A stretch of 64,000 bases of DNA from a virus, in IMG/VR virus record IMGVR_UViG_3300014835_000095; one strand, 5' to 3'. Positions within the stretch are counted from its first letter, which is position 1. Every line of letters starts with the position of its first letter. The notes below the pieces were generated by a model that saw nothing but the letters and a program-made list of their open reading frames with translations, was not told the origin of the DNA and did not search any database. Position numbers and translations under genes: made by a program. Positions 28,772 through 38,537 of this stretch are shown here, in pieces.

Positions 28772-28970
28772 TAGTAAGGTATTGATATATAATGAAATAT
28801 TTATAAAATGTACTTTAAATTAAAAAAGATAATTTTAAGCTACCCATTTGTATAGATAACACAATTTAAAGTGCTTTGTGGCTTATAAGTTATTGATTTT
28901 AAAGACAGTAAAATTGGGTTTTTATTGTGTGTGGGCTTTTAAGAATGGGGTAACTAATTACCCCATCATA

Positions 28971-29495
28971 CTATGATGCAATAATGCATTCCATCTTCAT
29001 TAGATCGATAACTCTTTTTGGTGTCTTTTTTCTACGTATAATTGCCGTTAATGGTTTTTCTGCATAAGACACTTGAGACGTATTATTTGTGGGGGTATTC
29101 TCACCCTCTAAAAATTGCAACACAGCAAGTTCTTCTTCTACTAATACTAAATGATTAGAGTCCAATTCCTCCACCAAACCAATTAATCGTACTTCCATGT
29201 CTTCCGCATTATCTGTGATATAAGATTCTTTTATTAACATATAAGCTGCTATTAAATTCTTAGTGTATGTATCTCCTCCTGGCAATTTCTTTAATAATCT
29301 CTTAAGATTAAATACTAATCTATGCAGATAAGTGTAAGAATTCTTTTCATAGGATTTAGTTAAGGTATTAGCTTTTCTGAGAACCTTTCCACTATCATCA
29401 ATAATCCCATATTTAAAAGCATCTGATTTGTTGAATGGAGTCACTAAAAGTTTTAATATTCTATATGCAATAGCATTGTCTATTAATACACTCAT
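28971..29495 (-). CDS. Conserved T4-like hypothetical protein
   Basis: AYRILKLLVTPF..AFKYGIID..YTYLHRLVFNLKR. Confidence 0.75.
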   Translation of the reverse strand: MSVLIDNAIAYRILKLLVTPFNKSDAFKYGIIDDSGKVLRKANTLTKSYEKNSYTYLHRLVFNLKRLLKKLPGGDTYTKNLIAAYMLIKESYITDNAEDMEVRLIGLVEELDSNHLVLVEEELAVLQFLEGENTPTNNTSQVSYAEKPLTAIIRRKKTPKRVIDLMKMECIIAS

Positions 29496-30814
29496 ATTTT
29501 ATGTCCATATGATTTTAATTTTTTAATATTTTCTGAAGACAGTTGTACCATACCTGCCCTAATCCCCCTTAACAATCCAAGATGAGATTCCTTGGCTTCT
29601 GTATTATTTACAAGATTATTGACATTTTCGGGTGACAATTTGAGCATATCTTCATTATTTGCACTAACTATATTACTTTGAGCTTCTGCTGAATTTGGAT
29701 GGCTTGTAATGTGGTTGATACTTTCAGGTGTTAATTTTATATGCCCTATTCTATGATACATTGCCATGAATTGGTGGGCTTGTGCTAATTTAGGGTTTTT
29801 AGCTATATCTGTTATATGTGTGGGGGATAAATAATCATTTTCTATAGCATGATTGATGTCCATTATATTTACAGTGCCATCTTTAATTGCGGATTGGAGT
29901 TTCTTGATATGCGAATCTTTTACTTCTGGTGCTAACGGCATTCTTATTTTAGATTTTGGCTCATCCCTTTGATATACTCTTGGATCCAGAGTATATTCAT
30001 TATGTTTCATGGGATAGTTATTTTCTAAATAATCAGCCGTAGTTTTATGAAAACTTTCATGAGCATCATCCTCTCCATATCTTTTATTAGAAGCTCTTAA
30101 TATAGTGTGGATGATTTTGCCGTTTTTATCTCTAGCATGCCAAGGATAGATAGCAACACGTCCGCGAACTTTTGTAGGATTAGTATGATCCATTTCATCG
30201 TGGTCCATTAAAAATGCAACACCGCCTCCACTTTCCACATGACCATCTAGATTATCACTAGCATCTGTATCATCTCGAAGCATATCAGTAGGTTTTCTCC
30301 ATCCAGAGCAGCTAGCCCAAGGTTTTCCCTCTGTCATCCCCTGAGATGCATTTGGATGTCCGGTTAAGATCACCTTCACATGCTCGAGGTTTAGACTAGG
30401 TGCAGTCCATCTTCGTTCTCCAACTTTATTTTTAATATCATAATCATCTGAAACTTCTGTTTTTTTAGATCCAACATTAGAATATTCTTTTAATAAATCA
30501 GGATTAGATTTTAATACACCAGATAATTTAATTTTTCTACCATCAGGATGAATCGCCATTTTTGGATTAGACGCATCTCTCTGATAAAATCCCATATGAT
30601 TTCCCACTCTATCATATATCGGACTATTTTTGAGGTGATTGGAAATCTTAAGGTCTAATGGATTTTGCAGTGGAATTTCTACATAATCTCGTCCTTTTGG
30701 TATGATTTTTGCAAAATTCTTTTTTATGGCTGCAGTGTTTAATTTTTTATCAATAACTATCTTCTGCTGTGCATCGTCTAGGTGTTCTTTAATGAATTGT
30801 TTATATGTTTTCAT
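29492..30814 (-). CDS. Putative internal virion protein
   Basis: MKTYKQFIKE start; WASC motif; INHAIENDYL shared with the plus-strand paralogs. Confidence 0.75.
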   Translation of the reverse strand: MKTYKQFIKEHLDDAQQKIVIDKKLNTAAIKKNFAKIIPKGRDYVEIPLQNPLDLKISNHLKNSPIYDRVGNHMGFYQRDASNPKMAIHPDGRKIKLSGVLKSNPDLLKEYSNVGSKKTEVSDDYDIKNKVGERRWTAPSLNLEHVKVILTGHPNASQGMTEGKPWASCSGWRKPTDMLRDDTDASDNLDGHVESGGGVAFLMDHDEMDHTNPTKVRGRVAIYPWHARDKNGKIIHTILRASNKRYGEDDAHESFHKTTADYLENNYPMKHNEYTLDPRVYQRDEPKSKIRMPLAPEVKDSHIKKLQSAIKDGTVNIMDINHAIENDYLSPTHITDIAKNPKLAQAHQFMAMYHRIGHIKLTPESINHITSHPNSAEAQSNIVSANNEDMLKLSPENVNNLVNNTEAKESHLGLLRGIRAGMVQLSSENIKKLKSYGHKI

Positions 30815-31161
30815 AAATTCCTTAGATTATCAATAATGTTTTGATCTAGTGGTCCTGTTTCTGAGGATGGCAATAATCTATTTAAATAAATCAAGAATAC
30901 TAATAACGCTTGGATATATTCTTGATTTATTTTATGTAATAACATAAAGGTGGCATTATCCCCAAACACATTATATAGAACTATAATATGGTTGAGGATT
31001 AATCTTTCTTTTAAATCATTATATTCTTTATATCGTTTGAATAATTTATTTATATATTCAAATCTTTGCAAGTCAGATTCAAACTCTTTAACAGAAAAGC
31101 ATTGAGGGTTTTCATATGAATGCATAGCATATTGGATGAAATTGCCCTCAGTTAATATCAT
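30811..31161 (-). CDS. Conserved T4-like hypothetical protein
   Basis: NFIQYAMHSYENPQC...LKERLILNHIIVLYNVFG. Confidence 0.8.
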   Translation of the reverse strand: MILTEGNFIQYAMHSYENPQCFSVKEFESDLQRFEYINKLFKRYKEYNDLKERLILNHIIVLYNVFGDNATFMLLHKINQEYIQALLVFLIYLNRLLPSSETGPLDQNIIDNLRNL

Positions 31162-31746
31162 TTATGATACTATTAATTTAACTGCAACAGAAGTAATACT
31201 TACTGCATTTGCCGCAGAAACAATAACTCTGTATGTAGCCCCATTAAATCCTGTAGTATTACTAATGTCTAATGTGTTAGTAGTTACACCGGAATAAACC
31301 CCAGTATTAGTCAAAATCTCATAATTCTTCGTGGATGTATTCAATTTTTCCCATTGATACGATAAAGCTCCACCACCTGCTGAAATATTAGCAATTGCTA
31401 CTAGTGTTGTAGCAGCTGGGGCAATAACTGTTCTGTTAGTTGGCTTGGTAGTAAATGATAATACATATGAACTAGGTAATTCAATACCCGCATCAATAGT
31501 TTGTCTATCGCCAGAATCTGTAGCTGGTGTTTTCATGGATACTAGATATTCTGCTTTATGTCTAGTATTACCAAATGAGTCTTTATATTCATTATATAAC
31601 CACCAACCTGGGCCAGTAATGCCTTTCTTAATAGAATTTGGGTTTTTAGCTTCTGTGTTATCTATAAAAACTGCGTTTGCTTTTTGTTCTTCATTTAGAT
31701 ATTTTGGGATACCAGCATCGGTATCTACTTTTTTCCATAGTGCCAT
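31162..31746 (-). CDS. Virion structural protein with C-terminal Ig-like domain
   Basis: MALW start; LSYQWEK...TLDIS...GATYRVIVS. Confidence 0.7.
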   Translation of the reverse strand: MALWKKVDTDAGIPKYLNEEQKANAVFIDNTEAKNPNSIKKGITGPGWWLYNEYKDSFGNTRHKAEYLVSMKTPATDSGDRQTIDAGIELPSSYVLSFTTKPTNRTVIAPAATTLVAIANISAGGGALSYQWEKLNTSTKNYEILTNTGVYSGVTTNTLDISNTTGFNGATYRVIVSAANAVSITSVAVKLIVS

Positions 31747-31774
31747 TCTTTTCTCCTAGTTTTTTATATTAAAT

Positions 31775-32110
31775 TTATTTCCAGATACTTAATTTAAATG
31801 GGTTCATATTTTTATCATTATCTTTTGTAATTGTAGCCTTTTTTCCATTTATATCAAAATTAGTTTTAGACTCATTACCGGAATCTGTTGAATATATGTG
31901 ATCTGTAAAATCAGTTTCTATTCCTTGTATGTTTAGATATTTTTGCATGTTTTGTAATGCTGAATTATATGTTGGATGATATGAGTGAAATTGATTGATA
32001 GAGTCATATACATCATCCCCATCAAAAGTTTTAGATTTTAATATTCCTCTTATATTATCTCCACCTAAAGCTGCGGTATTATCATTAATAAACCGTTTAA
32101 ATGTTTTCAT
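31775..32110 (-). CDS. Putative internal virion protein
   Basis: MKTFKRFIND start; in late cluster. Confidence 0.55.
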   Translation of the reverse strand: MKTFKRFINDNTAALGGDNIRGILKSKTFDGDDVYDSINQFHSYHPTYNSALQNMQKYLNIQGIETDFTDHIYSTDSGNESKTNFDINGKKATITKDNDKNMNPFKLSIWK

Positions 32111-32571
32111 TTAAACGAATTCCGCCTTTTTAATTCTGCACCAATAACTAATCTGGATAGATAACCATTTGATCCAGGCTTAGATTTCATAAGCATACTG
32201 TGTTGTGATTGTAGGACTCCAGTATCAATATATGATAGATCCTCTGGATTTAAAAAAGATTCATTTTGCGCTATTTTAGTAGCAGTATCATACATAACAC
32301 CTTCTGCATTTTTACCATATTTCTTTTTAAAATATGGTAGGTTTTTTTTCATCCCTTTAACAATTTCTTCTTTTTGTTTAATATCTGTAGGTGTTAATGT
32401 TTTTTCATCTAAATCTTTTTTCTTTTTTCTTAAAATTTTAAAATCATTTGCAGTTAGTTTTCCATCTTTATCCATATCTAATTTTTTATTATAGGTTTCA
32501 TCCATAGGTTTTTTCATGGATAAATAAGTTTGTTGTACTGCATCTAAATCTTTTATATCTTGTATTTTCAT
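32107..32571 (-). CDS. Late hypothetical (possible head) protein
   Basis: KLDMDKDGKLTANDFKILR; KEEIVKGMKK..GVMYDTATK; AATAAATA at 32590-32597. Confidence 0.65.
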   Translation of the reverse strand: MKIQDIKDLDAVQQTYLSMKKPMDETYNKKLDMDKDGKLTANDFKILRKKKKDLDEKTLTPTDIKQKEEIVKGMKKNLPYFKKKYGKNAEGVMYDTATKIAQNESFLNPEDLSYIDTGVLQSQHSMLMKSKPGSNGYLSRLVIGAELKRRNSFK

Positions 32572-32765
32572 AAAACTTCCTTATTAAGTTATTTATTGAT
32601 TCTAATCTTCCCATCTTCTTCTAGTTGCAATTTTAGTATAATGACATAGATTCAGATAATATTGGAGCTGATAAATGATGCAAAAAGTTATATAAAATTG
32701 GATGGTTTTGTATTTGCTTGTTCTATTAAAAAATCTTTAAATGTAATCATAAAGGGCTCCTCGCA

Positions 32766-33548
32766 TTAAGACGGTTTTGGATGCAATCTGGTATTTTCTA
32801 TTTCTCTAAGCTTTGGTACCAATTTTAAAGCTATTCTATTTATAAGTGTTTTTTTAGTTTCAATAAATCGTTCTACTCTTTCTTTTTGTGCTATAGATAA
32901 AGTGTTTAGTGGCTGTTTTATAAACTTCAATTTCAACAATTTAATAGCAGTGACTCTAGCTCTATGGTTTATTCTAATGGGAGATGATTTCATTTTAAGT
33001 GCAAGTTTTAATTTTCTTTCTCTGGATCCCTCCGTCTGTTTAAAACGAATAGATGCTCGGATTCTTTCTATTCTAGATAATACTTCATTTAAGACATCCT
33101 CTGATTCGTGAATACCTTTCAAATCACTCAATTCTGATATATGTTTACCTTTAGAATCTATAAGATGTAATTCATCATCCCTATATGTATCAATAATATC
33201 ATCTAAAGAGTCGACACCTGAAATCAAATCATCAATCTCTTTGTCTGTAAGATCAAAATCTACTATTGATTTGTCTTCATTTATATGAATACCCGCTGAT
33301 TTTATTATATTTATCATATTAGTTATGATTTGTTTTTCTTTAGGGGTTTTTTTATAGTCTTTAGAATAGGTTAATGCTAGATTAATCAATTTTTCGGGGG
33401 ATGTATTTTTGGAGATAGTTGCTGGAGATAAACCCAAAGATTTAGCAATGATCTTTGCTAATTTAAGTTTGTCTTCAGTATTATGGCTATTTATGTGTGG
33501 TTCTGTTGATATTTTTAGTGATTTCATATTTAAGTATCTCATATTCAT
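32766..33548 (-). CDS. Late hypothetical protein, possibly prohead-core-like
   Basis: Acidic middle, LxE sites, basic C-terminus; TATAAATA upstream. Confidence 0.55.
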   Translation of the reverse strand: MNMRYLNMKSLKISTEPHINSHNTEDKLKLAKIIAKSLGLSPATISKNTSPEKLINLALTYSKDYKKTPKEKQIITNMINIIKSAGIHINEDKSIVDFDLTDKEIDDLISGVDSLDDIIDTYRDDELHLIDSKGKHISELSDLKGIHESEDVLNEVLSRIERIRASIRFKQTEGSRERKLKLALKMKSSPIRINHRARVTAIKLLKLKFIKQPLNTLSIAQKERVERFIETKKTLINRIALKLVPKLREIENTRLHPKPS

Positions 33549-33560
33549 GTAGGATATGAG

Positions 33561-33568
33561 TATTTATA
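33561..33568 (-). promoter_or_regulatory. T4 late promoter TATAAATA
   Basis: Exact consensus heading the 33548-28971 cluster. Confidence 0.75.
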
Positions 33569-33728
33569 CTTTTTTTTAAGATATGTGATACATATCATGT
33601 TCTTTTGACATCATACCTAAAGAGGGTGGGTTTTTGATAAATATTTTTTAAAACTCATCATAGCCACCCCCCATTTTATTAGTTATAGGGTGTTTTACTT
33701 TTAAAATTCAAAGACATATATGTAGTAG

Positions 33729-34487
33729 TTAACTACATATAATATATTGTGCTAATCTTTTCCAATCTGTATCAATAATACCAGATCTAGATCTGATTTT
33801 AGTTACTTGTATCAAAGTTCTCAATGATAAATCTTTTACTGTACTACCCAAAGATTCAATTAAATCTAAAGCATCTTTCTTATGTATGTCAAACGATTCT
33901 TCCATGAAATTATTCTGATTTATCAAATATCGCATTCTTTCAATTTTATCATACCTGGTGGCTGATAAATCAACAGTCATGGATCTAGTTAATAACGCAG
34001 GATTAATTTTAGTGACACTAAGATTGCTAATAAAAACTACTTTTCCTTCAAATTTAAAAGATTTTGGAAGATCTGTTTTAATTGTAGATTTCCATGATAT
34101 AATTCTCTTAGAATAGCTATCTAATGCAGCTTTTAGTAAATTAATACTCACATCGTTTTGAAGTATGTTATCAGTATCATCAAATACTAAAATACAATTA
34201 GAATTTCTATTTTCATATAGGTCTTGATATAAACCCTTCGGCGTGGAATAACCTGACACTTTTTTAAATACCTTATCTGATATATGATCTGCAATATCAA
34301 TATCATCAAATTCTGTAATATCAATATATCCACAAGACAATAATGTTTTAATTACAGTATGGCTTTTTCCTATCCCAGAATCTCCAGTAATTATTACTGA
34401 TGGTTGATCTGATGTTGCCATCATAGTAACCATTTGAGTTACAAATTCAAATCTTTCGTTTATGCTATATAAAGATGTTGTTTCCAT
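33729..34487 (-). CDS. P-loop AAA-type ATPase
   Basis: IITGDSGIGKS Walker A; ILVFDDTD Walker B. Confidence 0.85.
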   Translation of the reverse strand: METTSLYSINERFEFVTQMVTMMATSDQPSVIITGDSGIGKSHTVIKTLLSCGYIDITEFDDIDIADHISDKVFKKVSGYSTPKGLYQDLYENRNSNCILVFDDTDNILQNDVSINLLKAALDSYSKRIISWKSTIKTDLPKSFKFEGKVVFISNLSVTKINPALLTRSMTVDLSATRYDKIERMRYLINQNNFMEESFDIHKKDALDLIESLGSTVKDLSLRTLIQVTKIRSRSGIIDTDWKRLAQYIICS

Positions 34488-34683
34488 AATATTTTCTCTA
34501 TTTAAAAAACTATATTATACATCAATAATTAAAAAATGCAACTTTATTTAAACGCTATCTATGTGATAGTTAATCCAATGCAAAATGTTGATTTATAATT
34601 CAATAAGTCATATTAATCATCAAAACAACCCATATGATTATAGCGTAAAATTGTATCACAAATCAACTGCTTAAAAAATCTAT

Positions 34684-35280
34684 CTAAAATACAAAATCTG
34701 AAGTATCACGCTTTTCCTTCTTATTAGAAGTATAAGACATAGGTGGTGCTTTCTGTGGATCTGCAATACCAACCTGTGAACTATTTTCTGTATCAAATAC
34801 TCTCATTTTGTTCCTATCTATACCCACAACAAATTTATTATAATAATTAACATCGGCATATCTGTTTTTCAACTGTTTTATCATGATCTGTCCGAGTTCT
34901 TCTAACTCTGGGGTAGATATTAATCCTAACATTAAGTCGCAAGTTTGGGGGAGACCTATTGAATTTTTAGTTAGAATATCGTTACAATAAAAAAGGTTAT
35001 CACCTGTTACCGAAATATCAATAGTTTGCAAAGTACCCACATCTTCTATAGACATAATTTCATCATTATAATCTATAAGCTTATCAGACAATTCTGATTT
35101 TAATTGACGTTCTTCTTCTATAGTAAATAACAAATCTGTCAGTTCAAATAATTCTATTTCATTGGTTTGATGGATATAACCTTTTTCTTTTAAATAAATT
35201 GCTTTTTTAAAACACTTTTCATACAAAGATGGATCTTGCTCATAATTTGGTTGATTCATATTGTTCCTATGATTTAGCAT
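34684..35280 (-). CDS. 41: gp41 helicase C-fragment with split-intein C half
   Basis: ...NLFYCNDILTKN|SIGLPQTCD...KQLKNRY; likely start M8 (35259) behind AGGA. Confidence 0.92.
   Translation of the reverse strand: MLNHRNNMNQPNYEQDPSLYEKCFKKAIYLKEKGYIHQTNEIELFELTDLLFTIEEERQLKSELSDKLIDYNDEIMSIEDVGTLQTIDISVTGDNLFYCNDILTKNSIGLPQTCDLMLGLISTPELEELGQIMIKQLKNRYADVNYYNKFVVGIDRNKMRVFDTENSSQVGIADPQKAPPMSYTSNKKEKRDTSDFVF
34963..35259 (-). mobile_element. Split intein C half with extended N-terminus (gp41)
   Basis: DEIMSIEDVG..TIDISV...FYCNDILTKN; Ser at +1. Confidence 0.85.
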
Positions 35281-37058
35281 GATTTTAATAAATCCCCAAC
35301 GGACAAATCCATATTGACAGATTTTCTACCTGTATTAGATGGAAATACATGATCTTTAGATACAATAATAGTTTTACCACTTTTTAAAGTGATCTTTACA
35401 CATTCTTTAGGTTTTTCATGATGCACAAACATGACAGTTTTAAACACATCATTGGCGGTAATCTGATCCCCCGGAACAATATCACCAATTCTTTTGAGAG
35501 TACCATCTAATAATTTAACTTGTTCTCCCACCCAAATACATTCAGATGTGCTAGTCAGATCTAGATCTGACGAATTAATTGATTCACGATTTGCCTGGGT
35601 AGCGGAAACTATAGGTACATTATTTTCAACCGCCAATCCTCTCAATTCTTCTGCTATAGATTTGATATAAGAGTAACTATTGACACCTGCCCCAAATTTC
35701 ATTCTTTGAGATGAACAGATATTAAGGTAATCAATATAAATAACATCAGGTATAAAATCTTTCTTAATTTTCAACTCTTCTATTAGTGCTCTAAAATGCC
35801 CAGCATGAGCTCCTGATGTTGGGTATTCTTTAACAATCAAAGTTCCGGTGGTTTTCTTTTTCAATTTTTGAATGCGACTATTAAAAATGTCATATTCAAC
35901 TGTTTTAAGTTCATGCATACCCAAATTTAATAAATTAGCATCTATACGCTCTGCAATGCGCTCCTCGCTCATCTCCATAGTTATATAAAGCACATTTTTA
36001 TTATTAGAAATATTAGCAGAAGCCATATGGCACATAACTAAACTTTTTCCAACACCAGTATTATGGGAGCTGACACTATTGGTATAATATCTGTGATTGT
36101 CATGATCCACTTGAATATCAACAATAGGAATTAGTTTTCCCGTTTTTCTAACATTACCATGTATTAATATTCCACCTTTAGTTAAATATAGTTGATTTGG
36201 GATATTTATTAAATCTTTAGCATATTGCCAACCTATATCGGTTTCAAATAAGTGATTTTCATTTACTCGGACTTCTACACCAGATTCTAAAATTAAAACA
36301 TATTCATTCCATTCACCCTTATCCACAAATAATAATATAGGCACAAAACCATCAGGTGAATCTACTGTAATTCTATTACCTGATTCTAACAATTCTTTTA
36401 TTTGACCAATACGGATTGTTATTACATGATTTTCATCATTTAATTTTACATATATATTAGTTTCTGGATGCACACATCCCGCTAAAAGTACATTGAGTGA
36501 TTTTTTAGACAACCCACCATTAGTGATTTTATTTAACAGTTCAATATCAAAAGCTAGCTTTTCTTCAGTTTTTCTATAAAATTCAAATCGGTCATTTGCA
36601 TCTGCAATGTAATCGTGACCAACTGAAGAATCAAAAGTGATACCCAATGCCTCTGATAAAATGCTGGGGATAGCTTCTGGCGTATATTGTTTATCTTTAC
36701 CCTCAATGATACCGATGGATGCCAAAATTGCTATATATACAGCTCGTTCTTTTACAAATACTTCAGTTTCACGCAATATCCAATTTTCATTAATATCGGT
36801 CTTATCTAACACAGCAATGAGCTTTTCTGCTTCAATCAATTCATTAGAATTAATATCTCTACGATTGGATACTTGTATTGATAGTATTTCTTTAGTTGCT
36901 GGCTTGTTAAATTCTGCAAAAAACTTTAGTAGTTCTTCTGAAACTATAGCTTCAACTCTATCTGCAAAGTATTCTTTTTTAAGAAATGGTATAACTTTTC
37001 TAGAATACTCTTCGTTATGAATTAAATTAGATAATATTGTTGTTTCTATTCTAGACAT
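35274..37058 (-). CDS. 41: gp41 helicase N-fragment with mini-intein and split-intein N half
   Basis: LLAG|intein|TGVGKS; YIDYLNI; SATQANR; ends in CIWVGEQ...GDLLKSC. Confidence 0.95.
   Translation of the reverse strand: MSRIETTILSNLIHNEEYSRKVIPFLKKEYFADRVEAIVSEELLKFFAEFNKPATKEILSIQVSNRRDINSNELIEAEKLIAVLDKTDINENWILRETEVFVKERAVYIAILASIGIIEGKDKQYTPEAIPSILSEALGITFDSSVGHDYIADANDRFEFYRKTEEKLAFDIELLNKITNGGLSKKSLNVLLAGCVHPETNIYVKLNDENHVITIRIGQIKELLESGNRITVDSPDGFVPILLFVDKGEWNEYVLILESGVEVRVNENHLFETDIGWQYAKDLINIPNQLYLTKGGILIHGNVRKTGKLIPIVDIQVDHDNHRYYTNSVSSHNTGVGKSLVMCHMASANISNNKNVLYITMEMSEERIAERIDANLLNLGMHELKTVEYDIFNSRIQKLKKKTTGTLIVKEYPTSGAHAGHFRALIEELKIKKDFIPDVIYIDYLNICSSQRMKFGAGVNSYSYIKSIAEELRGLAVENNVPIVSATQANRESINSSDLDLTSTSECIWVGEQVKLLDGTLKRIGDIVPGDQITANDVFKTVMFVHHEKPKECVKITLKSGKTIIVSKDHVFPSNTGRKSVNMDLSVGDLLKSC
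35277..35540 (-). mobile_element. Split intein N half, 88 aa (gp41)
   Basis: TSTSE|CIWVGEQV; block B SKDHVFP. Confidence 0.9.
36060..36476 (-). mobile_element. Contiguous mini-intein, 139 aa, in gp41 Walker A
   Basis: AG|CVHPET...NENHLF...SVSSHN|TGVGK; no endonuclease domain. Confidence 0.93.
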
Positions 37059-37342
37059 TATATTCCACCGTAAAATATAGTATTTTTATTTTTTACAGAA
37101 TCTTCAATAACTTCTACTAAAATGTCTCCAATAATTATTCTAAATGCTTCTAGATTTTCTACAATACCGACATGTAAGGTATATTCAAATGATAAAATCG
37201 GTTCATCTTCATATGGGAATTCAACTTTCCCATATGAATAAACCACACCAGAAAGATCACCAGATGTTAATTCAAAAGCAATGATTTTTTCGCCTGTCTT
37301 ATCAATATAATCTATAACTTCATATAACATATAATTCTCCAA
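37058..37342 (-). CDS. Hypothetical protein at the gp40 position
   Basis: Synteny between uvsX and 41. Confidence 0.55.
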   Translation of the reverse strand: MENYMLYEVIDYIDKTGEKIIAFELTSGDLSGVVYSYGKVEFPYEDEPILSFEYTLHVGIVENLEAFRIIIGDILVEVIEDSVKNKNTIFYGGI

Positions 37343-37352
37343 TAAAAAAACT

Positions 37353-37399
37353 ATTATACTTTAAAAAATAGGAGATGTCAACTTTTATATTGACATCTC
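37353..37399 (-). promoter_or_regulatory. Hairpin after uvsX overlapping a sigma70 promoter
   Basis: GGAGATGTCAA/TTGACATCTCC stem; TTGACA-17-TATAAT. Confidence 0.7.
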
Positions 37400-37406
37400 C
37401 ACAAGT

Positions 37407-38483
37407 TTAATCTAATTCAATTTTGGACAATTCTTCTCCAATGGTTTCATCTGCAATTAACATGCCTGCCGATACTTGATACCTATTTTTAACCCAATCC
37501 TGAAAATTAACATCCAATAGAATAGGCAGCCAAAAATCTTTATTATCAGTATCTTTTATTCTATATTTTTTATCCTCAATAACACCTGCACATAAATCCA
37601 TTTTAGAATACCAACCAATTGCTGGTTTTTGAACATGGCCAGATTCAAGCGCCATTTCAAGCAATCCTGACCAAGGGCTCAAACCACCTTCATACTTTAC
37701 TGAAATTGGAATTTTAGATTTTTCTTTTACATATCTAGATTTTTCCACATTAATAATAAAATTATATCCTAATAATTCTTTACTACTTGTATCTTTTTCC
37801 TGCTGTCTGCCAATAATGAAAATATTATCAGAAGCAAAGTAACTACCATTGCCACCAGCTACAACGTCTTTAGCGTATAATTCTAAAGTTTTATATGATC
37901 TATTAACAATAATCATAGGGATATCTTTCACGCTTAGGTATGGAGGAACCATTCTAAAAAAACCGTTTAACATTTTTGCTCTAGTCATATCTTGTGTAGA
38001 CTTACCCTCTATTGTGTCCAAAATTTCCTTTTTTGAAGAAGAATTCCCAATAGAATCAATGACAAATATTACATGATCTCCACGAACTATGGCTTCTAAT
38101 TGTTTCATAGTTTCAAAGCGAAGCTCTTCAATATTAAGAAATGGGGTATGTATAACTCTGTCTGTATCAATACCCATTGATTCAAAATATGATAATGGTG
38201 TTCCAAATTCACTATCTAAAAAAATCATAATGGCATCTGGATATTTATCCATATAAGCCTTTGATAATAAAAGAGAAAATAGTGTTTTAAAATGTTTTGA
38301 AGGTCCCACAAATTGAGTAATCCCTGGAGTCAATCCCCCATCTAATCGTCCAGATAATGCGACATTAATAGCTGGGACAGATGTGGTGATCATGTCCTTC
38401 TTAGTAAAGAATTTTGATTTAGATAATATTGCAGAATCTTTAATAGTGCTATTTTTTTTCAATCTTGCTAATAACTCACTCAT
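37407..38483 (-). CDS. uvsX: RecA-like recombinase
   Basis: ALSGRLDGGL, GPSKHFKT, DSEFG, IDSIGN, EKSRYVKEK. Confidence 0.96.
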   Translation of the reverse strand: MSELLARLKKNSTIKDSAILSKSKFFTKKDMITTSVPAINVALSGRLDGGLTPGITQFVGPSKHFKTLFSLLLSKAYMDKYPDAIMIFLDSEFGTPLSYFESMGIDTDRVIHTPFLNIEELRFETMKQLEAIVRGDHVIFVIDSIGNSSSKKEILDTIEGKSTQDMTRAKMLNGFFRMVPPYLSVKDIPMIIVNRSYKTLELYAKDVVAGGNGSYFASDNIFIIGRQQEKDTSSKELLGYNFIINVEKSRYVKEKSKIPISVKYEGGLSPWSGLLEMALESGHVQKPAIGWYSKMDLCAGVIEDKKYRIKDTDNKDFWLPILLDVNFQDWVKNRYQVSAGMLIADETIGEELSKIELD

Positions 38484-38537
38484 AATATACCCTCAAATGT
38501 AAATAAATATTATATCACATGTTTAAACTATAAACAA

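Noticed and set aside
32766-33548. Naming as gp67/gp68
   Set aside because: Composition is suggestive, but it is not beside gp20-23 here and no confident motif match was found
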